The position numbers and the translations under genes were made by a program. 64,000 bases of DNA from Octopus vulgaris (lineage: Eukaryota): NCBI GenBank assembly GCA_951406725.2, contig OX597836.1:17608001-17672000 (forward strand), read 5' to 3'. The notes beneath the pieces are model-generated. The model was not told where the DNA came from, did not search any database, and saw only the letters and a list, made by a program, of their open reading frames with translations. This document shows positions 56,747 to 64,000 of this stretch, piece after piece. Within the stretch, counting starts at the first letter, position 1. Every line of letters begins with the position of its first letter.

Positions 56747-58304
56747 CATACACACACACATATATATATATATATATATTATTTCCTCTTATCTCTAACC
56801 AAAGTATCATTCTCTTTTGCACCACCCGAAGATTCTCCGACGCTCTTTTTCTCTCTTTCGTTTCTATAATGTTGATTTAACTTTAGAACCATTCTTCATA
56901 ATTTGGTATTTCTTAAACTATTTATGTTCTTACTTCAATATCTCTTAAGCTTTCTGAGACTTTTAATCTACAGTAATCTCCCAACATAATATAGCAACCA
57001 GAAAAAAAAGTCTACCGAAGTTAATGGCACTTTTGAAAATGGCAATAAGCACTTATATGCTGTTTATGAAATTTTATATAAACTTTTATACTATATTTAT
57101 ACCTCCTGAAGATGAGTTTATTTTTAAAGATTTAATTTAATCTTATAATTTTTGTTTTGCTCAAATTTCTTGCTGTCCATCTAGAAGCTAATAAATTTTC
57201 TTTCAAGTTATGGAATTTTGAGGGAGAGCAATAGTCGATTACTCAACTGATACGAAACGAAAGGATGAATACTACATGTGGTCAACTTTGAGAGACGGAG
57301 GCCTGTCCATGTAAGGAATATAGACGTAATTTAAATGTATTACTGTTTGATATTATGGATATGAATTAAATCCATATGACCTGAATACATCTCATATTTC
57401 ACACCTAACTTTTGAATCGGAGGGACAAATGGGATAATTGAGTTCTAGATAAATTAGATTTTATTGAGGTGTTGCACCGACAAGAAAATGGAAGCAGGTG
57501 GAAATAACATTAGTATAAATTGCCCGGCTATCTATGAATCTCTCTAGCACAGAAAAGGTATGAAGAGATGCTTGGAATTGACTGTGGGAGTCATCTTGGA
57601 CTGAGAATAAGGATAACATGAGTTGAGTTGGTCTTCCAGTGTCCTCAGTTGGATTAGAACCCTTTGAAGAATATAACACTACACTTGAAATAAATAGATA
57701 TCATTTAAATAATATCTAAATACTGCAATAAAGAAATAGCTTTATTACGTAAATAACCCTAGATACACTAGGACTATCTATATAATAACCCCCCGCTCTT
57801 ATTGCGAACGTCCTTGATCTTAGGTCTCTTCAGTGTTGTTTGACTTGGGGTTAAACAAGAACAACTGCAACAACAACAACATACAGTTCTTAGATTTCGT
57901 TTCTTTTTTAAGTTTTTCGACCTCAGTTTGCTTCATAAAGGAACTAATTAAAAACATACTGAGATCTTTTTTTTGTGTTTCACAGCTTGTTTCTCCGTAA
58001 AATATTTTGGCTGTTGGCAGTCGACCGAAAATTCAAAAAGAAAAGATAAAAAGATGTAACCACCTACGTTATTTGACATTTAGAGATTAAACGAATGCTT
58101 CTCCTTTTCCTGAAGATTTTTTTCTTATGGAAAATATTAAAAAAAAATTTTAACATTTCTATTTCTAAGTAGTAATGTTTTCTGATTGGAGCACAAGGCC
58201 AGAAATTTTTGAGGGGAGGGGGATATAAGTCGATATCACTGACGCCCAGCATTTGACCAGAGTGGTCATTCTTGCCTCTGGTACTTAGTGCTTTGTGCCA
58301 GTGA

Positions 58305-58560
58305 GGCTGGCGTTTTGTATCCGTGTCGCTGCTAGTTTTATCCCTGTCGCTACTGGTTTGTATCTCTGGTGCCGCTAGTTTGTGGTGCCGCTGGTTTGTA
58401 TTTGTGGCGATTGTAGTTTATGTGTCTAGCCCCACAGTCTGTAGATCTGGTGCTTGTGGTTTGCGTTTGTGGCGCTAGCAATTTGTAAACGTTGCGCTGG
58501 CGGTTTGTGTCCCGGGCACTGGTGGTTTGATCCCTGGAGCTGCTGGTTCGTATCTCCTGT
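58305..58560. repeat. degenerate ~21-bp minisatellite (gctggtttgtatc.ctgg.gcc)
   Basis: Recurring gct(g/a)gttt(g/t)t units. Confidence 0.7.
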
Positions 58561-58786
58561 ACCATCTTTGGATTCCTGGTGGAATTCTTTCAATAAGACA
58601 TTTTTAACAGCAGTTGTCAAGTTTGCCATTTCCGAAAATTTCTCTTCTTATATTTTATCTTTTACAGGTTGACCCAGGTCAGGGCATACCTGGCAAAACA
58701 AAGCTAGTACCAAAAATATTCCAGTCGGGAGCATCTTCTGTTCTTTGTTTTCGTCTACATGGTATTCTTGACAACGTTATTCAATA

Positions 58787-59212
58787 TACTCTTTTACTCT
58801 TTTACTTGTTTCAGTCATTTGACTGTGGCCATGATGGAGCACCGCCTTTAGTCGAGCAAATCGACCCCGGGGCTTATTCTTTGTAAGCTTAGTACTTTTT
58901 CTATCGGTCTCTTTTGCCGAACCGCTAAGTTACAGGGACGTAAACACACCAGCATTGGTTGTCAAGCTATGTTGGGCGGGGTGGGGGTGAGGGGATAATC
59001 ACAGACACACAAACGTAATCATACACACATATATATATATATATATATACATATATACGACGGGCTTCTTTCAGTTTCCGTCAACCAAATCCATTCACAA
59101 GGCTTTGGTCGGCCCGAGGCTATAGTAGAAGACACTTGCCCAAGGTGCCATACAGTGGGACTAAACCCGGAACCATGTGGCTGGTAAGCAAGCTACTTAC
59201 CACACAGCCACT
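58787..59212 (-). mobile_element. SINE A (variant subfamily)
   Basis: Family match with diagnostic ggctttggtcggcccgaggctatagt. Confidence 0.93.
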
Positions 59213-59329
59213 ATGTAAATAACTTCAAACAGTAGCATATACATTTTGTATATCTTACTCAACGTGGATATACTGTAAGAAATTCAAAATACTGCTGTGT
59301 TCGTCTTGAGTAAACATCTCGTAAAGATG

Positions 59330-59552
59330 TACGAAGGGTGCTAGAAAGTTTCTGGCTTTGGGTAAAAGAAAATACAGGAGGATCAGTTTATTATGATTTT
59401 ATTCGACATATTCTCCTCTCAGATTCGCGCACTGATTGCAGCGTCCTTCAGTTCTTCTAAGCCTTGTAAAAGAACTCGGAAGGTTGGGCCTCCAACCAGG
59501 CCTTTCACGATATCCTTAAAGCCAGGAACTTTTTAGCCCCTCCCCCCTTGTA
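59330..59552. mobile_element. mariner-derived MITE with TA TSD
   Basis: TAcgaagggtgctagaaagtttctggcttt...aaagccaggaactttttagcccctccccccttgTA imperfect TIRs. Confidence 0.8.
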
Positions 59553-60424
59553 AAGCAGTAAAATATACAGAAGTACTTCTATGTGTTTTCAAATTATATA
59601 TCGATACGAGATGCTTTCTCAAAACAAATATCGCAGTATTATGGCTTCCAATATTATATCTACTTCAAGTAAGATATACAAAGTGCTATTCTAAACTAAT
59701 ACAGCTTTCATCGCTAAAAATGAATATCTCCCCAACCTGCCGGCTATTTGCAATACCAGCGGTTTGTTAACAACTGTTTTTCTATTTTAGTAGAGGCTAA
59801 ATTTGTCTAAGGATGCGGTTGCTAGTGAATGCTTGCTACTGATGACGCTCAAACAAGCAGAAATCCAGATTTCGTAATTTCACCTCCACTGCTGGACGCT
59901 TTTCGTCTGCTACTAATTTACTTCTGTGCTTTTTAGCACTTAGCATCCACACGAGATGCTTTCTCGCGACAAATACTGCAGTTTTGTGACTTTCTACAAC
60001 ATATTCAAAATGTTATTCTAATTGGAGCACAAGACCAGAAATTTTTGAGGGGAGGGGGAATAAGTCGATATCATTGACGCCCAGTATTTGACCACAGTGG
60101 TCGTTCTTGCCTCTGGTACTCAGTGCTTTGTGCCAGTGAGGCTGGAGTTTTGTTTCCGTTGTTAATAACGAAAAGCAAGATAGAGGAACTTGACAGAGAT
60201 TTGGTTGTTATTTCTAGCATAGAAAACAAACAAGTAGATTTTCTTTTGTTAACAGACTCTCTGAGGTGTAATCGAATAAGTAGTCGCTCGCTAAACACGG
60301 ATTAAGTTTGAAAATCTACAAGAAAGATAAAAATGATACCGAAGCGACATCTTAAAAATTTTACTGTCGACTGGGGAAAAAGATAAAAGTGAAGAGACTC
60401 TGTAATGATAAATAAATAATTCGT

Positions 60425-60625
60425 CTTATTTTGGCAGAAGGCCAGCAATTTTGAGGGGAAGAGGAAATTGGTTTTCATCTATCCCAGCATTTAACTTAAT
60501 TTATTCACCTCGAAAGAATAACAGGAGAAGTTGACCACGGTAGAATCTGAACTCAAAACGTAAAAAAGGACAAAATGCCGCGAAGCATTTTGTTCGACGC
60601 GCCGACGATTTTATTAGCTCGCCGA
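60425..60625 (-). mobile_element. degenerate SINE B-family copy
   Basis: ggcagaaggccagcaattttg...tgaactcaaaacgtaaa...gccgcgaagcattttgttcgacgcgccgacgatt. Confidence 0.7.
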
Positions 60626-60632
60626 CTAAATA

Positions 60633-61018
60633 TAATAGGAGCACTCCGTCGGTTACGACGATGAGGGTCCCAGCTGATACGATCAACGGAACAGCTTGCT
60701 CGTGGAATTAACGTGCAAGTGGCTGAGCACTCCACAGACACGTGTACCCTTAACGTAGTTCTCGAGGAGATTCAGCGTGACACAGAGTGTGACAAGGCTG
60801 GCCCTTTGAAATACAGATACAACAGAAACAGGAAGAAAGAGTGAGAGAAAGTTGTGGTGAAAGAGTACTGCAGGGTTCACCCCCCCCCCTGCAGGAGCCT
60901 TGTGAAGCTTTAGGTGTTTTCGCTCAATAAACACTCACAATGCCCGGTCTGGGAACGAAACCGCGATCCTACGACCGCGAGTCCGCTGCCCTAACCACTG
61001 GGCCATTGCGCCTCCACC
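60633..61018 (-). mobile_element. SINE family E (tRNA head, own body, tail shared with D), 13-bp TSD
   Basis: Minus: tggcccagtggttagg box A, ggtttcgttccc box B; cgccgactaaata at 60620-60632 and 61019-61031. Confidence 0.92.
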
Positions 61019-61152
61019 CGCCGACTAAATAACAGTAATAAGACATTTTTTCTACAATAGGTACAGGATCTGAATCCATGGGGGAGGGGAGTAGTCGATC
61101 ATATCGACTCTACTGCTGAATTCGTAATTATTTTATCGACCTCGACAGAATG

Positions 61153-61365
61153 TGTTATGCCGCAATACTACACAGTGGTTGTGTGAGCTACGAAATCCTC
61201 GTCGTCACTGTTATGTCGCAGGTTCGGATGCCTCTACTACTCAACTCTTCTCTGCTCGACTGTGCTGACTGCTATTCAACTGTGCTCTGACGACGTCTAG
61301 ACTTCTCCCTTTATATCTACATATTGGGCTAGCCTACTTCATCGTCTGAGGGCGTCCACACAACA
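61153..61365. mobile_element. solo LTR (213 bp) inserted in a SINE B
   Basis: TGTT...AACA termini, 5-bp TSD gaatg (61148-61152 / 61366-61370); removing it restores tttatcgacctcgacagaatgaaatgcaaagtcgacctcgg. Confidence 0.82.
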
Positions 61366-61457
61366 GAATGAAATGCAAAGTCGACCTCGGAGGAATTTGA
61401 ACACAGAAACGACAAAAGAAAAAAAAAAGAAAAAAGAAACAACGAAACAGAAGAAAT

Positions 61458-61900
61458 GCCTATTTCTTTACTACCCACAAGGGGCTAAACACAGAGAGGA
61501 CAAACAAGGACAGACGAACGGATTAAGTCGATTACATCGACCCCCAGTGCGTAACTGGTACTTAATTTATCGACCCTGAAAGGATGAAAGGCAAAGTCGA
61601 CCTCGGTGGAATTTGAACTCACAACGTAACACAGACGAAATACCTGTTTCTTTACTACCCACAAGGGGCTAAACACAGAGAGGACAAACAAGGACAGACG
61701 AACGGATTAAGTCGATTATATCGATTATATCGATTATATCGATTATATCGACCCCAGTGCGTAACTGGTAATTAATTTATCGACCCCGAAAGGATGACAG
61801 GCAAAGTCGACCTCGGCGGAATTTGAACTCAGAACGTAACATCAGTCGAAACACCGGTAAAAATTTCATCCGGTGTGCTAACATATCTGCCAGCTCGCCA
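61458..61900 (-). mobile_element. tandem/nested SINE B dimer within an older SINE B
   Basis: Two tttctttactacccacaagggg tails (~61463, ~61647), each preceded by gaaat(g/a)cct; (tcgattata)x4 at 61712-61748. Confidence 0.88.
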
Positions 61901-62169
61901 GAGGTAATGCCGCTAAGCATTTTGTGTCCGGTGAGGTAACTATTCTTCATCCTCACAGTATTGGTGATAATTAAAGGTGTCAAATTTTGGTACAAGGCCT
62001 GTAATTTTGAGGAAGGGTTTACGTCGATTACACCTAGCCCAGTGGTCAACTGCTACTTATTCTATCGACCACGAATGGGACGAAAGCCAAAGTCGACCAT
62101 ACTTGTTAATGTGTCGTCTATTGGGCATCCACGATTCTGAGCCATATAAGAGAATAGTAAGAATATACA

Positions 62170-62208
<39 letters not shown>

Positions 62209-62209
62209 C

Positions 62210-62301
<92 letters not shown>

Positions 62302-62320
62302 ATATATGTATCTTTCTCTC

Positions 62321-62359
<39 letters not shown>

Positions 62360-62395
<36 letters not shown>

Positions 62396-62452
62396 GAGAA
62401 AGGGAGAGGGAGAGAAAGGGAGAGAGAGAGAGGCAGAGAGAGACAGTCAGAC

Positions 62453-62497
<45 letters not shown>

Positions 62498-62781
62498 TAC
62501 AGACAGATAGAGAGAGAGAGAGATGGACACACACACAGGAACAGTGAGAGAGGGGGAGAGAAAGAAAGGAAGGAAGAGAGAGAGAGAGAAAACATAGGAG
62601 TGAGAAAGATTGATAGAAATTACGGAAACAGAAATTTAGAGAAAGGGAGAAAGAGAAAGTGAGGAACATTGAACTACAAAGAGAGTAACAGAGAAAGAAA
62701 GAGAAAGAAAGAGAGAAGGAAAGAGAGACAAATGAGAAAGGAGACAATGCGCATGATGAGCATATGAGAGAAGAATAAGAG

Positions 62782-62820
<39 letters not shown>

Positions 62821-62920
62821 AGAAAGAAAGAAAGAGAAGAAAGAAAGAATGTAAGAAAATGTATCTGCAGTGAGAAGGATAGAAAGCAAGAGAGAGAGAG
62901 AGAGAGAGAGATTGAGAGAG
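62360..62920. repeat. (GA)n-rich polypurine region
   Basis: Direct reading. Confidence 0.9.
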
Positions 62921-63139
62921 AGAAGTGTAAGAAGGTGTAGAATCAACGCGCGAGATAAAGTGGTAAAACGGAAGTGAGGGTGAGGAAGGAAGAAACTATA
63001 ATCACAATGAATTATACATGACAAAATGGCGAAATTGTCACCGAAATAAGATGGAAGCTATTTTTTTTTTTTTGCTTTCGTCTTTCATTTTTGTTTCATG
63101 TATTTTACGTGTTTATTTATTTATCAATTTATTATTCCT

Positions 63140-63475
<336 letters not shown>

Positions 63476-63727
63476 TGCTTTTGGCTCTTGTATTCAGTGT
63501 GTTTCTTGTTAATAAATTATGGTTAGTTCTTGAGACATGCTGATTTCTGCACTCGCATTCGTCAGCTTTCAACATTGTTCTCTTGTTCTGTTACAGTTTT
63601 ATTATCATTTCCCCACCCCCCTAATAGCCGAGTGGTTAACGTGTAAAATTATTAATGCAATGCAATTATAGTGCAACGGGTAGTCAGTTCGTGTAACGAT
63701 GTACATTTTTTATTATTTTTATATCTC

Positions 63728-63920
63728 TTATTTGTTTCAGTCATTGAACTGCGCCCATGTCATTTTAGTCGTAGAAATTGACCCGAATACTTTGTGTTTG
63801 AAAGTCTGGTACGTATTTTATCAGTCGCGTTTGGCCGAACCGCTGATAGATGTGGATATGAACAAAACAGCACCGGTTATAAAAACAGTGGTGAGGTGAC
63901 AAACACAAACACAGACACTC
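63728..63920 (-). mobile_element. old degenerate SINE A 3' half
   Basis: ttgtttcagtcattgaactgcg, ggccgaaccgctga, cagcaccggtt. Confidence 0.7.
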
Positions 63921-64000
63921 ACAAATTCTGGTACGCATTTTATCAGACACGCACACATATTGCACTCACGATTGCGACATCGTGGTTTCAATTCCTAGAC

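Noticed and set aside
58305-58560. Periodic repeats superficially like a CRISPR array (also 3135-3238, 23907-24017)
   Set aside because: No constant repeat with unique equal-length spacers, no cas genes, eukaryotic context.

Overview
Eukaryotic, AT-rich, extremely repeat-dense DNA. I found no supportable host protein-coding exon, rRNA, true tRNA or CRISPR array, so this is probably intronic or intergenic. The combination of tRNA-headed SINE families and very long (TA)n/(CATA)n/(ATCT)n/(TAA)n tracts is typical of octopus (coleoid cephalopod) genomes; that assignment is inference. Nearly all listed ORFs are translations of microsatellites. The real content is layered transposable elements. There are about five modular SINE families (my labels A-E) and LINE relics of the RTE, CR1-group, Tx1 and R4/Dong-like clades. 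There are also a Penelope-like element (RT thumb plus GIY-YIG), three mariner relics and a mariner MITE, Helitron/Helentron-type non-autonomous elements, a solo LTR and a long-hairpin element with GA:GA mismatches. Most interesting: (1) palindromic (TA)n-embedded elements carrying hammerhead-ribozyme folds, including apparent core variants (G3:C8, U3:A8, extra purine after A9); (2) RLE-type LINEs sitting inside different microsatellites (TAA vs CATA); (3) SINE/LINE tail sharing and SINE domain shuffling visible within the window. All coordinates were read by eye; boundaries of degenerate elements are approximate.
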